A DNA stretch of 63,660 nt, filler included, from Choristocarpus tenellus KU-1152 (lineage: Eukaryota; Protista; Phaeophyceae), in assembly GCA_964200185.2 (NCBI GenBank). It is 7 parts of 7 records of this genome, joined end to end, with 100 filler letters (N's around TTAATTAATTAA, not from the genome) between each part and the next. Parts side by side here need not be neighbours in the genome. Positions count along the whole stretch, not along the records: positions 1 to 5,793 come from CAXNAD020009739.1; positions 5,894 to 8,653 come from CAXNAD020024979.1; positions 8,754 to 21,544 come from CAXNAD020001703.1; 4 more parts are not named here. The stretch is one strand, 5' to 3'. The translations under genes were made by a program, and so were the position numbers. The notes under the pieces were generated by a model. The model was not told the DNA's origin and did not search any database. It worked only from the letters and a program-made list of their open reading frames with translations. Positions 1 through 12,684 of this stretch are shown here, piece after piece (within the stretch, counting starts at the first letter, position 1; the number at the start of each line of letters is the position of its first letter).

Positions 1-7
1 AAATATG

Positions 8-175
8 GACCCAAAGTATCTGAGGGGGGGGGGGTCTACACCAGGGTGTCCATTTGCCCCAAAATCAGGAAAAGTGCATTTACCTTATCCATCGGAGGTA
101 TGTAACCAAATCACCCAAAAATGGCAACAAGAAAAATTGTCAATGGACAGCCACCACCCCCCCCTACTTCAAGCC
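8..175. mobile_element. MITE family A copy (~170-180 bp)
   Basis: Terminus GACCCAAAGTATCTG, degenerate opposite end ...CTTCAAGCC, 3-bp TSD atg/atg; homologous to nine other copies in the window. Confidence 0.85.
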
Positions 176-240
176 ATGTATTGGTTCCATCCTATCCACC
201 AATCAGATCCATCCCAGTTCAATCGACCATTAGTAAGAAT

Positions 241-634
241 TGTATGATTCTGTGGCGGTGTGGCTCACTCAGGCAAGGGTGGTGAAGAGAATCACCGGGC
301 AAGGTAGACCAAGACAAAGTGTAACCGAGAGGATGAGGTTAATGTTGGACAAGTGGGAGACAGCAAGGATTTGCACAAAATTGTGGAGACTTGAGGAAAC
401 GGGGAGGATCATGGCTTGGATTGGTTTCAGATAGGAGACTCTTCAGAGAGATGGGAGATAGGCCTTCGGAAAAACGTGCTCATGAAGAGACATTACGGGA
501 AGTCATGGAAACCTATCCTTCCGAAGATCCTCTCCACACGGTTGAACCAAAGTTCTCAGAAAATAACCTCAATCCATAAGACAGTATATGGCATAGAGCA
601 ATAACGGTATGAAAACAGACAAAACTGCTTTCCA
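241..634 (+). repeat. Dispersed ~400-bp repeat, solo-LTR-like (family C)
   Basis: Shares ATGATTCTGTGGCGG...GAAGAGAATCACCGGGCAAG...TGCTTTCCAC with 46685-47088 and, inverted, with 49266-49675. Confidence 0.6.
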
Positions 635-1444
635 CTTAAGCTACAAATGAAGTTTTGCTCCATGTAAATCTGTGACATACCGTCTCTCCGTCATATCCAC
701 ATACCGCGAGCAGCCTGAGTACTTCTGGAGGGACTTCGGTAGCTGAGGCCGCCGGCTGAGGGGCCCACTGTTGTAGTAGCAGTCGCAGATTGCACAAGTT
801 ATGACTGATTAAACCACCCCTTGTCATTTGGAACACCTGTCTCATCCTCTCTTGCTTTTCGCATTGAGTGCCAGAGAGCAGCGTTTTTACAAGTGCAGGC
901 TCAAGCTTGAAGTTGGTCATACCAAGCATGGTCTACTGCACATTTGATGCTCTACCCAAGGAAGACCAAGTTCAGATAGAGGAGGAGCATCAGGAGATTC
1001 CACTGGGTCTTGTGATTCTGAGGGACGGTGTCACTGAAGTCCCCTTTGCCTCAGTGTAGTCAAAGTTCCGACAAACCACACAAACCTCCTGCTTCAATAT
1101 ATGATTAACACTCGAATATTGAATTGTTCATTTCTTGCTTGCTGTTGCTCACATTATAGTTTGATGCGCAATGTGACAGTCCTTGAATCATCGTGCAGAT
1201 GTTATCGCAGGGAAGGAAGCAACATACAATATGCCAGGAGTGTTTGTCAAAGGCAGCACACAACAGAGAGCATTAAGAAAGACAAGGGACTATCGGACAA
1301 AAAACTTACATGCGGCAATATCCAACCAAGAAACTTAGAACAAGTCAAGAGTGTAAACAAATGCATGGATGGAATGAAGAGGATTGGGTCAAGCTTTGCT
1401 CAAATCAAACACATCTTCTATTTGGTTGTAGTAGATTGTTGATC

Positions 1445-1617
1445 GACCCAAAGTATCTGGGGGGGGGGTCTAAACCAGGGTGTCCATTTGGGTCAAAATC
1501 CGGAAAAGTACATTTACATTATCCATCCGACGTATGCAACCAAATCACACAAAAATCAAGACATTAAAAATTGGTCGCAACTGGACAGCCACCAGCGCCC
1601 CCCAGATACTTTGAACC
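1445..1617. mobile_element. MITE family A copy
   Basis: TIRs GACCCAAAGTATCTGGGG / CCCCAGATACTTTGAACC; TSD atc/atc. Confidence 0.9.
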
Positions 1618-2361
1618 ATCTGTAGTTAGTATAACAATTTAACGCAAGTCCCAGCACCCCAAACGATTCATGCACTACCCACCACTGCAGATATGATCAA
1701 TGACAGGAACCAGCCATGTTATTACTCGATTAAACAGGGTGACACTTTGCTATCAACGATGCCCGTCAAAATTGCACTACAAAACATGGTATTCTGGATT
1801 ACTTCACTGCCACAGTACCTTTTCCTCTTCTTGTGTGTTAGTCTGCTTCAAAGAGGTCACACACACACACTATGAAGGAAGAAGCAAGGTCATGATGCCA
1901 TCACATTCATGGTGGCTCTCACTGATTGGTTGAAATTCAATACCCTCTTCATGCAGGAAAAAAGAACCTTAGACTAGTGTACTTGGAGTCAAAATGGACC
2001 AGACTCCAACCCTTCTCGAAGGAATTCATTGTCGGTGGAAGCTGCTAATCTTCTTGCGTCAAATCGGGCTCTCTTGGCCGCATATAATACATATTGGCAT
2101 TTCCCACAATAGTAACTGGTGACACACTAACACCACTCTGTTGTATGTCCTAAATATGAAATCAAGACTACAACAGCTTGCTCAATCAAACAGTATACAA
2201 CAACCACACCCCACACCCCTCTACTCTTATATTGGCAGTGTAAAGGCTTGTACAAATGAAGCAATCTCCAACCCGATTACTATTGATTCAAGTGAGATCG
2301 ACCCTATTAGTGCAGGCCAACCTCATCATAGCTGTACACAATGTGATGCTGCTGCATATCA

Positions 2362-2542
2362 GGCTCAAAGTATCTGGGCGGGGTGGCAACTGTCCATTCG
2401 AGATCCATTTTTCCATGTCACGATTTTTGGGTGATTTGGTTGCATGCATCGGATGGATAATGTAAGTGCACTTCTCCATGTCAGGGTCCGAATGTACATC
2501 CTGGTGTAGACCCCCTCCCCCCCCACCTAGATACTATGAGCC
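2362..2542. mobile_element. MITE family A copy
   Basis: TIRs GGCTCAAAGTATCTGG / CTAGATACTATGAGCC; flanks atca/atta. Confidence 0.85.
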
Positions 2543-3372
2543 ATTACCGCAGGAACAGCTGCACCCGCTAACTGTTGCCCATATACAGACACACCATCAA
2601 CTCAATAAAGTATTAAAAGTGAGCAGTACTAATTGTCCCTTACCCAGTTGTACTTACATAATTCTAATATTTTGTTGATGTAGCACACCACCACCGAGCC
2701 ATGTTAAAAAAAAAAATCAATAAGAGAAACGGCTGTCAGTGAAAAAAACGGCAACACAAAGAGCATAAGACCTAGTTGTTGCAGTAGGGATAGAGCCCTG
2801 GATTGGCGCCAGTCTCCAGTGTACTGGAGTTGTCACATATGTCACATGATGAATTTGGGTCTGTAGTAGGCCCACTGTAGTCTGACAGGGTTACGATGCC
2901 ACATACTGCAGGAGGATCAGCCACTCAATTAGTATCTGAAGAGAGGAGTATCCCCTCATGGGCGTAGGGGGATATCCATTTCCCTGGACCATGTCAGGGC
3001 AGCTAACCTTAGTAACCCTGCAGCGGCTGCAAACCTCTCGGACCAAGGGTGGATAAAATGTACTGGTGTTGGGCCACAAGTCCCTTGCATCCCTAGGAAC
3101 TGAGGGAGTGTATACGACCACACACTTCCGCTTTAAAAGGGGAAGGGGGCTGTAAGGGCCAACACTGAAGAAGCAGACGCACGTGCAGTCATGCGTGGCT
3201 TATTCCGCCTCACACCAGGTGATGAGGGGTCTTCACCGGCGTTCAAAGGGGATACTTTTCTTCTTTGGTGTGTTCACTTGGACTGATGCAGCAAGTAGAG
3301 CGTTATCCTTCAAGCTTCAATTGATGGTTACTCTCGTGGTGACACAGAGTGATGCGATACGCTCCTCTGTGA

Positions 3373-3430
3373 GAGTGAAAGTATCTAAGAGGGTACGCGT
3401 TTTGCCCTGTTTGTCCGTTTGGGTCTTGAC
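3373..3430. mobile_element. MITE family B fragment (one end only)
   Basis: GAGTGAAAGTATCTAAGAGGGTACG...TTGTCCGTTTGGG matches the family B terminus. Confidence 0.75.
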
Positions 3431-3739
3431 ATACAATCCAAAGTCACCAAAGGTAATTCCATGCTCTTTAGTACCAAGAGGTACCCAATAACCCTCTTAG
3501 TATTCAACCAATCAGACCAACATGAATTCTCCATACAAAATACCAATTCTCTAACTGCAAACTCTGGTCCACCACAAGTGTCACAGTTACCTTGTTCCAG
3601 CAAAGTTTCACTTCCAGTAGTCTTAGTGCCTCCTTGGACCTCTGCACTCTCCCTTTGCCATCCACCTGCCTCTGTTGAAACCTGTCGTTGTTCACATGGT
3701 CTTAGGTTCTGGTGGGAGGGATTTATCTTTCCCAACCAC

Positions 3740-3990
3740 AAGTAGACCAGCCAGACTCCGTTCATAGCAAAGTGCACCACGACAGTCCTTCTGAAGCTTT
3801 CCAAGCTCTAAGGAACCACTATAGGAAACGTGGTACCACTGAAAGGGCCACCATGATATCAAAACTTAATTCACTACGTTTACCTGTAGGAGAGGATCCA
3901 CCCACCGTCATCATGGACCTGGAATAGGTCGTGAAGAAGATGAGATCCCTAAAAGATGAACTGGGTATTGAGGAACTGGGCGGAAGTAAT
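3740..3990 (+). mobile_element. Ty1/Copia gag relic
   Basis: HDSPSEAFQALRNHYRKRGTTERATMISKLNSLRL..EDP..VIMDLE resembles Copia gag; internal stop; paralogous to 22200-22600. Confidence 0.6.
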
Positions 3991-4019
3991 GGCGGTGCAT
4001 TGAGGCCCAAACTATATAT

Positions 4020-4085
4020 TATATTATTATCATGCCCTCTGACATTTTGCAGATGTGTCAGGGGGGAAACCAATGAAAACTATAT
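4020..4085 (+). repeat. Short hairpin-containing dispersed repeat (family E)
   Basis: GCCCTCTGACATTTTGCAGATGTGTCAGGGG core; related copies near 24070, 46130, 46355, 46550(-), 46605, 47650, 48735(-), 49175 and 63462. Confidence 0.7.
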
Positions 4086-4284
4086 ATATGTCGTCATTAG
4101 CTCTAAAGAAATAAAATATCCTAAACGTAAGAACACTATAAAACATTGTAAGTGTGGAAACCACTAATCAGCTACTTCACGATTATCTACATTTGTTTTG
4201 CTCACGAATTCTGGATTATTATTATTTTACTCTATGTTTGCATTCCCCCCTTTTCTCTTTCCTCCCCACATTCTATCACCCCGT

Positions 4285-4437
4285 GTGACCAACCAGTGCA
4301 ACCTCTTTGCCACTGATTTCCCATCCTCTCCCCCCCCTTTTGCGATGACCAACCAATCTGAACCCCTTTCGCCACTGATTTCCAGTCATCGCCCAACTCT
4401 GATGGCCAACCAGTGCGACCCCTTCGCCAATGGTTTC
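4285..4437. repeat. Three degenerate ~38-bp direct repeats separated by unrelated ~17-21-bp spacers
   Basis: Consensus approx. GATGACCAACCAGTGCGACCCCTTTGCCACTGATTTCC at 4285, 4344 and 4401. Confidence 0.75.
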
Positions 4438-4474
4438 ATACTGTGCCTTTGAGCTAGAAGACATTTACCCCGCT

Positions 4475-4734
4475 GAGTCAAAGCATCTTAGAGGGTAGAG
4501 CTACGTCCGTTTCGAGGCCAAAATCCAATGTTGCGATTTTGATGTATTTTTGGCTATGGTATTTGTTAGGAAGTGTCAATATCCTTGTTCCATACACAAG
4601 CTTTCATAACGTATGCATTTTACCCCCTCTGAACCATTTCGGAGTATGAAAATGTCATATAATAAACTCTTGGGTACCAAAGCCCCAAACAGACAAACAG
4701 GACAAAACTCATACCCTCTAAGATACTTTCACTC
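4475..4734. mobile_element. MITE family B copy (~255 bp)
   Basis: TIRs GAGTCAAAGCATCTTAGAGGGTA / TACCCTCTAAGATACTTTCACTC; flanks cgct/cgcc. Confidence 0.9.
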
Positions 4735-4739
4735 CGCCC

Positions 4740-5790
4740 GAACTTGACCTCCCCTCTCCTTCTGGGTTGATTTTCTTCTAGTTCAAAATTGTACTTCCTG
4801 CCCTGGTTGAACCCAATCCTTCCTACTCTCTGCCATGCCCTTTGAGACCCACACAGTATCTCTCTGGTTGGCTCTTACATATACTCCGAATTCACCCGAT
4901 TTCCACTTTCCCTCCCTCTGTATTACTCTGACGCTCAACCACATCATCTCCCATTCCCAACCCAGGGTCTGTCTGTTCATGCTAGTCAACGTATGGACAA
5001 GCATGTTGGAGGTTAGATTGAGTGTTTTCCTTTTCCGATCTTGATACTCCATCTACCTGATCATTCTTCTTCCCATTAAAATGTTCTGCTGCAAATGGTT
5101 GTTCCCCTGCTACCTCTATCTTCCCCTTTCTCATCAATCCTCCCGCACTCTCATCTGTTGCCCCCCCTACCCTTACAAACCAATGCACTGAAGACTTGGT
5201 GTCTCATCTTCATAATACTGGGTACCCCTTCTTTATCCTTTCCTCTATCTTCAATACCACTAACCGTGCATTCACTACCCTACCCAACCGTTCTAGTACA
5301 ATGATTGATATCCTCTCCTTCCCCTTCCCTTCATCCCCCTTCAATTGATATCCTTCTCCATGCACTCCGAGTCCTCATGCCCCCACCACTTACCCATCTC
5401 CACGTTCTATCTCCTTACTTCTTTAAGGCACGCATTTGAGTAGCTTGCCGTCTCTAATGGTCTAACCACATATCTCATAACTGGAAACTCAAGTTCTCTC
5501 CTCTTTCGGCCAGCCCTCGTCATGCCACCCATCTCCACCCGTACAAGTCTTCCTTAAATTCCCTACCTATCTGTACCTCTGTGTTTCCTTTCCTCACCCC
5601 TGCACTCTGTTCTCTCTTACTACCCCCATGAGCTCTCATAGTTGGCTCCACTACCCTTCCCCTGAGAATCTCCATCCCTGGTCTATGCCTATCCCCTCTG
5701 ACCTCATCCTTCCTGCTTGTCTACCCAAGCACCCCCCCCCCCCCCCCCCAATCCCAACGGGTATGCCCCCCGCCCCACTAAACCCCCCAC
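4740..5790 (-). mobile_element. DIRS/Ngaro-like retroelement relic (RNase H region)
   Basis: GGLMRKGKIEVAGEQPFAAEHFNGKKNDQVDGVSR is homologous to 50753-50953 and resembles the C-terminal H..G..N..AD..SR motif of DIRS RNase H; frameshifted. Confidence 0.65.
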
Positions 5791-5793
5791 CCA

Positions 5794-5893
5794 NNNNNNN
5801 NNNNNNNNNNNNNNNNNNNNNNNNNNNNNNNNNNNNNTTAATTAATTAANNNNNNNNNNNNNNNNNNNNNNNNNNNNNNNNNNNNNNNNNNNN
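5794..5893. other. Artificial contig spacer
   Basis: N44-TTAATTAATTAA-N44 (six-frame stop linker). Confidence 0.98.
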
Positions 5894-5933
5894 GGTTTTT
5901 TTTTTTGCCAGCAAAATAAAGGGAGAGGGGGGG

Positions 5934-5971
<38 letters not shown>

Positions 5972-6627
5972 GGAAGGGAGGGAGAGGGAAACGCCTTCTG
6001 TGGCACAAGAGTCAAGTTTTTTTTTCCTAGCGTGTGTGGGCGCTCTTGTGTGTGATGCACCTGTAGTGGTTGTTGAGAGCTATCAATCACCACCTTGTTG
6101 TGTTGCTGAATGGTGTAGGGATGTTCTCTTGGGTCTCACCAAAGTTATTGTTGGTGCTGCAGAGAGTTGAAGCACCTCTGTGGTAACCATTGTACAGTAT
6201 GAGTTGATTGAATGAAAGTGCCACGAGGTACAAGAAGTATTATCAGTGTGGTACAGAAGTAACACAAAGTACTCTGGGCGCTCTAGAACCACCTGTAATT
6301 CATCTTATGTGCGTTCTGGTGGTGTCACTGACTACCACTGTAGTGTGTGTATGTATGTACGTATGTATGTATGTATTTTGTGTGTCATGGTAATGTGCTA
6401 TTTGTACTGTATGACACATGTACAATGGAATGACACTATGCAAGTGTGTAATCACACTTGACACCGTGTCTGTTCTGTCTGCTTGGTTGTATGTCCTTGG
6501 GCAAGGGTATGTACCCTCGATTCGACAATTCACGCTCTCCGTTGCATTGGTTTGTGCACATGGTGTGTACATGTGTGTGTGTGTGTGTGTGTGTATGTGT
6601 GTGTGTTGGAAATGACCTTAAAACAGG

Positions 6628-6720
6628 TGTCGGATATCATAATGAACTTCGTTGTTTTCTTGGGCACATTCATCATCGCGTTCACCATCATGCCCAAGCT
6701 TGCTGCCGTCATGCTTGCAA
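6628..6720 (+). CDS. Putative internal exon of a membrane protein
   Basis: Acceptor aaacag and donor gtgag flank hydrophobic VSDIIMNFVVFLGTFIIAFTIMPKLAAVMLA; preceded by a (GT)n tract; parent gene not identified. Confidence 0.45.
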
Positions 6721-7521
6721 GTGAGAACCACAGGCCGCGACATGTCCCTTGGTGGTCTACTCTTGGGCTGCGAAGGCCTTCGGTCTGTCTTTTGGCGTTG
6801 TCATTGACCTGGGGTTTTTGTAGAGGACGAGAAACGAAGCGTTACTGGTGCATTTCACGTGTGCCCACAATTTTATCACCCATGTGTTTTACGCAACGCG
6901 GGGGTTTTGCTTGTTGTGTAGGCGAGAGGCGAGAGGTCGTAGTAGCTGTTGAAAAACAACTTGACAACGCTATTGAAGAGTGTATTTGGGTAGGAGGAGT
7001 TGTATGAGTAGCGGTGGAGGTGGCGTGTGGCGTGTGGCGGTATCTTCGGGGGGTGTATGGTTGTGTAAGAGTTCCCCTACAGAATGTAGCTGATGGATGT
7101 GCGCCCTGACCTGAGAAGAGTCATCCTTTTATCAGTCATTCCCAATTCAAGATCATTAGTGCTAGTGCAGGAGCGCAACTGCCCCTGGCGTAGACACAGA
7201 GAGGTACCCCTCCCCCTCCCCCTCCCCCTCCCCCTCCCCCGTCCCCGTCCCCGTCCCCTTTGTATATATATTTGTCAGTCCTGGAGAGCGAGCGCTGTTG
7301 ACTTGAGAGACACTAGCAGTCCAATCCAGATAAAAAAAGAAACCCCGGTCCCCCCTCACTGTGAAAAGCCTGCACATGAATTGATGTTGATGTTGATGTT
7401 GATGTTGATGTTGTGGTGCAGGAAGGCATTATTGCACCGTATTTATTGGAAATTTTGTTGTGGTGCTCTCTCTCTGCCTTCGGTCATTACGTCAGGAGAA
7501 TCGACTCTTTTTTTGTGATTT

Positions 7522-7523
<2 letters not shown>

Positions 7524-7565
<42 letters not shown>

Positions 7566-7567
7566 GA
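7524..7567. repeat. (TTG)n microsatellite
   Basis: Direct reading; lies in a microsatellite-dense contig with (GT)n at 6572-6606 and 7657-7680 and (TTGATG)n at 7381-7413. Confidence 0.95.
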
Positions 7568-7751
7568 TGCCTTGGAAAAAAATAAATAAATATATATATA
7601 TATATATTATTGTGTCCTGGTCACCACTCTTGAAGAGGGTTTCATTGGGATGGAAGTGTGTGTGTGTGTGTGTGTGTGTGTAGGGATTAGTTACCCTCAT
7701 TCATAAGAGGGAAGGGTGAGATTGGGGTAGGGTGCAGTACTGGTTCCCTAC

Positions 7752-7859
7752 GGTGGAGAGAGGCATGCAGGGTAGGATGTACAGTGTCTATGTTGGACCA
7801 GTGGTGGAGAGAGGCGTGCAGGGTAGGATGTACAGTGTCTATGTTGGACCAGTGGTGGA
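7752..7859. repeat. 51-bp tandem duplication
   Basis: GGTGGAGAGAGGC[A/G]TGCAGGGTAGGATGTACAGTGTCTATGTTGGACCAGT twice, one mismatch. Confidence 0.95.
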
Positions 7860-8653
7860 AGGCGGTGTGCGTCCGAGCGTTAACACTTCACTTGCAAGCG
7901 AGTTTTGAGATGGGTTGGGGACTATAGTGAAGACTAACCAGGGAGACATGTACAACTAGGGTTGAGGCACAGAGTTTGCGGTGAGAGGGTGTGCGGGCGA
8001 GGCAGACTGCACTTGACACCTGTTGGCTGAGTAAGTCCCCCTGTTGAAGCGATTTAAGGAGCATGGTCATGTTGTGTTGTTCCTGCCTCTGTTTTTGTAG
8101 GTTGCATGTGTTCATGTGACATGGAGGGCGTTTGCCTGACTTGCAGCGTGGGGGGCGTTAGTGCGGCTTTGATAAGCACGTACAGATGTAGCAGAGTTGC
8201 TGGATATGTACATAGACACACACACACACACATACATACATATATGAACATGAATATGTGTGTTGATATATATATATGTGTGTGTATGTGTACGTAAGTT
8301 TGTAGATTTCTGGAAGGTGCTTCCAAATAGTACTGTGCAGATCATGTGCAATGCAAAGGATGACTCTATGTATACTATGTTCCCGTTATGCTTCATTGCC
8401 TGTTGATGAACTATGTATAGAGTATAAGAATGACCCCTTTTTTAAACCAAGTGTTTTTTTTTCCTCATAGAGCCGGTCAATTTCTAAGTCAATTGCTTGT
8501 GTCACGGATTCATGCAGGAAGATCTCTTTCGGTCTGCGGTAGCTGGATTAGAATCTCTGATTCACTTTGCAATAGATAGTGTTTGAATTAGATATCTTGA
8601 GCGCTTCATATTTTGCAGAAGTCCATCATACTCTTTTTTTTTTCTTGGGGGGG

Positions 8654-8753
8654 NNNNNNNNNNNNNNNNNNNNNNNNNNNNNNNNNNNNNNNNNNNNTTA
8701 ATTAATTAANNNNNNNNNNNNNNNNNNNNNNNNNNNNNNNNNNNNNNNNNNNN
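8654..8753. other. Artificial contig spacer
   Basis: N44-TTAATTAATTAA-N44. Confidence 0.98.
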
Positions 8754-9934
8754 CGAGGACTTTTGCTTCCCCCCTGATCGCCCCTCACCACTCCCAGTAC
8801 CCTTGCCCCCCCCCCACCTTGCCCTTTGGCATTATTCTCGGCAGCATTGCCCTTGGATGGTGTAGACTTCTTTGAGGCATTGCTGTTACTCTTGGACTTT
8901 CCCTGTCCTTTCCCCTTTCTAGATGATGATGTCACAGACTGCTGTGCCTTCCCTGCTCCAGTAGATTTCCCTCCTCCCTCGCCCATCTTCACGGGCTCCT
9001 CCTCCTTGGACCCCACTGCCCCACCCTTTCCAGAAGTTGGCACAGACCCAGCTTTCAAGCCTCCAGCAGGTGAAACTGCAGGTTGAGGAATGGACGAGCT
9101 TAGGACTTCGACCAAGGATTTCAAGCCTTCGTCAACAAACTTATCGCCTTTCTTCTTGTGGCCAGTTTTCGGCACCTGTCCCCGTCCCCTCCCCCGTCCG
9201 CGTCCCCCTTTCATTTGTCCAACCTGACTCCCCCATGATGGTTGCACGGGTCTACTCTGATGTGTGGATGCTGGACCGTCTTGTGGCAACACAGCAGTAG
9301 GCACTGATATGTCGACAGGCGACCCCGATACTGACTCACTGGCATTTCTCCCCTGTCCCTGCCATGGAACTGGTGCCTTAACCTGGACGTGGGTTTTCTC
9401 TCCTGCGCCAGCGGTAGCACCTGCAATATCTTCGCCCATCCCCGCTTTCCTAGTCCCATCCTCATCTAGTGACCACATGGGTTCTTCAGGCGATCTTTCA
9501 CTCATGAAGGTCACCGTCACTCTCCTACTACGGTCAAGGAAAAAGGAATGCCCACAACGTCCTGTCACAAGTCCCTGGGAATATCCGATGCAATGATGCT
9601 GAAACGGTCTCCCCTCATTAGTGTGGACGAAACTACGGACGATCCTTGTGACTTCTCGTGACGGACTGTTTGATAAGCGAAAGTTGGGGGAGTTATGTAT
9701 CCCAGACCCTAGAACAAATGCTAGCCCTGCTACATCCGCCGCTAAGCCCCCCTTGGCTCCGTACACGCACAACAAGGTCACTCCAATTGCCCAATTCAAC
9801 TTGGGGGCACTCCTATCTCGTGAAGGCCTGCCCAAAGCATTGGAGGGAGTCTGGTTGGTTGCTTGTAGCCGCCTATTAGAACATGTAAGGCGTTCAGCCC
9901 TCAGCCTTAAACTTGACCCAACCGAGTGCCCCAT
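8754..9934 (-). CDS. Probable first exon of an unknown protein, truncated by the contig end
   Basis: ~390-codon ORF from ATG 9934; hydrophobic segment WAIGVTLLCVYG...GLAFVLG (possible targeting signal) followed by a G/K/S-rich region with GRGRGRGRG. Confidence 0.6.
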
Positions 9935-10559
9935 CACCCATCAACCTTCGGTACGACTTCCTAGCGCTCCTGTTGCAAGGTCGATTGGAAAGGGAAGGGA
10001 CAATGTTAACACTCTTCTACAAGAGGATAAAGCACCACCAAAGCTGACTGGGATGGTGGGATGCGGCGTACGGTGGTGATCGGACATCCATGAACCCACA
10101 CGCAAAATGCATTAACGGTGCCTAATACATCACCTTGTAGCCACGGCGACCTTCCCTGCTACTTCGCACAAGATGTCTGCGAGTCTGGACCGTGACGTCA
10201 ATCACCTTCCATTGGTTTGCCCACCCATTATCTCTATCATTGGAGTTGTGATCGTAAGTCCAACAAAATACAAGGGAGGGTACAAAGTTGATTCAGGAGT
10301 ATTTTAACACAAATGCTAGGGTTAGGGATACACTTCCATTCAAACTTGAAACTGTTTAGGGATAAAACAGTTTGTGACAATACCCAGTATACTTTGTGTT
10401 ATATACCCCCTTGTCAATCATAGTGCCCACATCATCTGTCACATCTGATCGCCTCTTCCTTTCACGGGTCATGGTATTTCTCATCTTGGGTTTGTATTTG
10501 GGACTATTCCCAACACACTCATAGACTGTTCAACCCTTCCCAGTCCAAGGCTTATGTTG

Positions 10560-11430
10560 GTGATAGCAAATGGCGCCCGATAGTTTCGAGACTGAGGTGC
10601 TTGCGAACGAGAACAAAATCAAGGCACTAAGAGAGGAAAGGTCGCAATTGCGGCTCAGACTCACCAACGTCCAAGATGAGATGCGACGAAAAGAAGCTAA
10701 CAAGAACTCAAAGAAGTGAGCACCATGATAACCAAGCTATACTACGAAGCGACGGGAGTGCTAATGATATAAGCCAACATCCAAACACACACACCCTACT
10801 AAGGATAGTAATGCATTTTTCTCTACCATTGAAAGTTGAACGAACTTGTGTTGAATTTCAGAGAAGATACCTTCTTCAGACAAGGTGGACGAACTTCTGT
10901 GCACCTTCCTTCTTAACGTTTTCCATGGAAACAGGATGCGAATCAGCGACAGAGCCGCGACGAGAGCATTTCGAGATGCTCAAAAGAAGGGACACTATGC
11001 GATGCTTGCTGATCGAAGAATGAGGGATGTTATCGCTAGGTGAGTCATTTCTGAGGAGGTTCGCAAGTTTAAGTCCTACCAGAAAAAAAACGTTCACAAC
11101 ATACATCAGCAAGTGAACATGTCCCAGTTCACCGAGAGGGGTAGAAGCTTCAAGACGACCTCTATAGTTTATACACTTAGTAGGTCAAACGGGGGTGGGG
11201 AGTTTCTAACGGAAGAATAAGCTGAAGGAACGCCTGCAACAGATTATGACCGTACCTGTTGAAGGTGACGACGTCAAGGAATGTGATGTATTTTTAGGTT
11301 TGTATGAGATACCAGGTCAATGGGTAAGGCGAGGTGTTGCCATACTACTAAAATGGTCGTGTGATTCTCCCCTTATTTCAAAAGTGGTAGCCAACAAGGA
11401 GAGCTTTATCATCCTGAGATTCTTGTGGTG
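10560..11430 (+). mobile_element. LTR-retrotransposon relic (PBS plus degenerate gag/protease)
   Basis: ...CA aa TGGCGCCCGA at 10571 matches a tRNA-Lys-type primer binding site; downstream decayed zinc knuckle (CSKEGHYA) and a DVFLG protease-like motif. Confidence 0.45.
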
Positions 11431-12508
11431 ATATATACTAAACTAGTAAATAGTATGTGGGTATTAATTTAACCAATGTACAGTAGGACGGGTAGCATTT
11501 TGTTATACAATAAATACTAGCTGTAGGCAAGTCAACAACGATACACCACATTAGAACATTGTCAAGTGTTGTTTGATTAATATATATATATTTTTAATGT
11601 CCCTGCGCCCATTGTGTTCTGTCTGTATTTTTCGAAGAGTAACTTTGTCTCCACTCTGACCGCACCTATTCGCTAAATGTAAGGAGGCATATAGAGTAGA
11701 TCGTAGGAACTACAACAGAGCAAACCCAACTAACATGCAGGCAGGTTTGAACCTATTTTTATTCTAAGCCATCTTTCTTACCCTGCTCATGCACTCTATT
11801 TCATAGCTTCATGTGCACAAGATTGTACGTAAAATTGTTATTCCCCTTTTCCACATACACAAAGTGACACCACAATTCAGCAAAGGCTCTTTCTGGAATT
11901 GTACAGAATTTTGACTTTTTGCCCTTCCTTGAAATCCTTAAAATGCAACCCTGCCTACCTCTCTGATGGTTTTCTTTAACAGAGACTGGAGGTGCATGCA
12001 CGTAAATATATACTGTATATATGTACAAATTTTTATATTCCTGTGCATTAATAGTAGTGAACACTAACATACACAATCACTCCAAGAGGAACAACATGGC
12101 TGTGCCTGGGTTACTTTCCTTGCATATTGTGCAAAATAGGACAATAGTGAGGTGTACCTTACTTTGTGTATGAGAGATGTAACTAATGAGATAGTACATC
12201 CAGATTATTAATGGGATTACATATTGGTTGTTATTCTGCATTTATCTACTTTGACATAATCGTTGACTTAGGTAGGAAGCACAAACAATAATAAAACAAG
12301 CAATGAGAAGACACCCCACAAAGGTCACTCTTCTAATTCCATCCACTCTTTCCACGTTCAACAAAGGGGGTCGGTCGTGTGAGGCTTCGACCTCCAGTTA
12401 TCAACTGTCATTGGCTTAGCCATTGATCCATTCAATGTGCTGTGTGCTGCACAGAGTATCCTGCATATTCGGTAATAGCCAAAAGATTCTTGTATCTCCT
12501 GGCAAACA

Positions 12509-12684
12509 GGCTCAAAGTATCTGTGGGGGGGTTCTACACCAGGATGTCCATTCAGACCCTGTCCAAGAAAAGTGCAATTATATTATCCATCCGACTCATG
12601 CAACCAAATCACCCAAAAATCGCAACATGGACAAATGAGCCCCTAATGAACAGATGTGACCCCCCTCCCCAAATACTTTAAGCC
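12509..12684. mobile_element. MITE family A copy
   Basis: TIRs GGCTCAAAGTATCTG / CAAATACTTTAAGCC; flanks aaca/aata. Confidence 0.85.

Noticed and set aside
5-247. Short ORFs with recurring peptides such as PKYLGGG and HATKSPKNR
   Set aside because: Translations of non-coding MITE A/B sequence
4285-4437. CRISPR array
   Set aside because: Only three degenerate repeats, short spacers, no cas genes, eukaryotic context
6208-8396. ORFs rich in CV, HT or N runs
   Set aside because: Microsatellite translations
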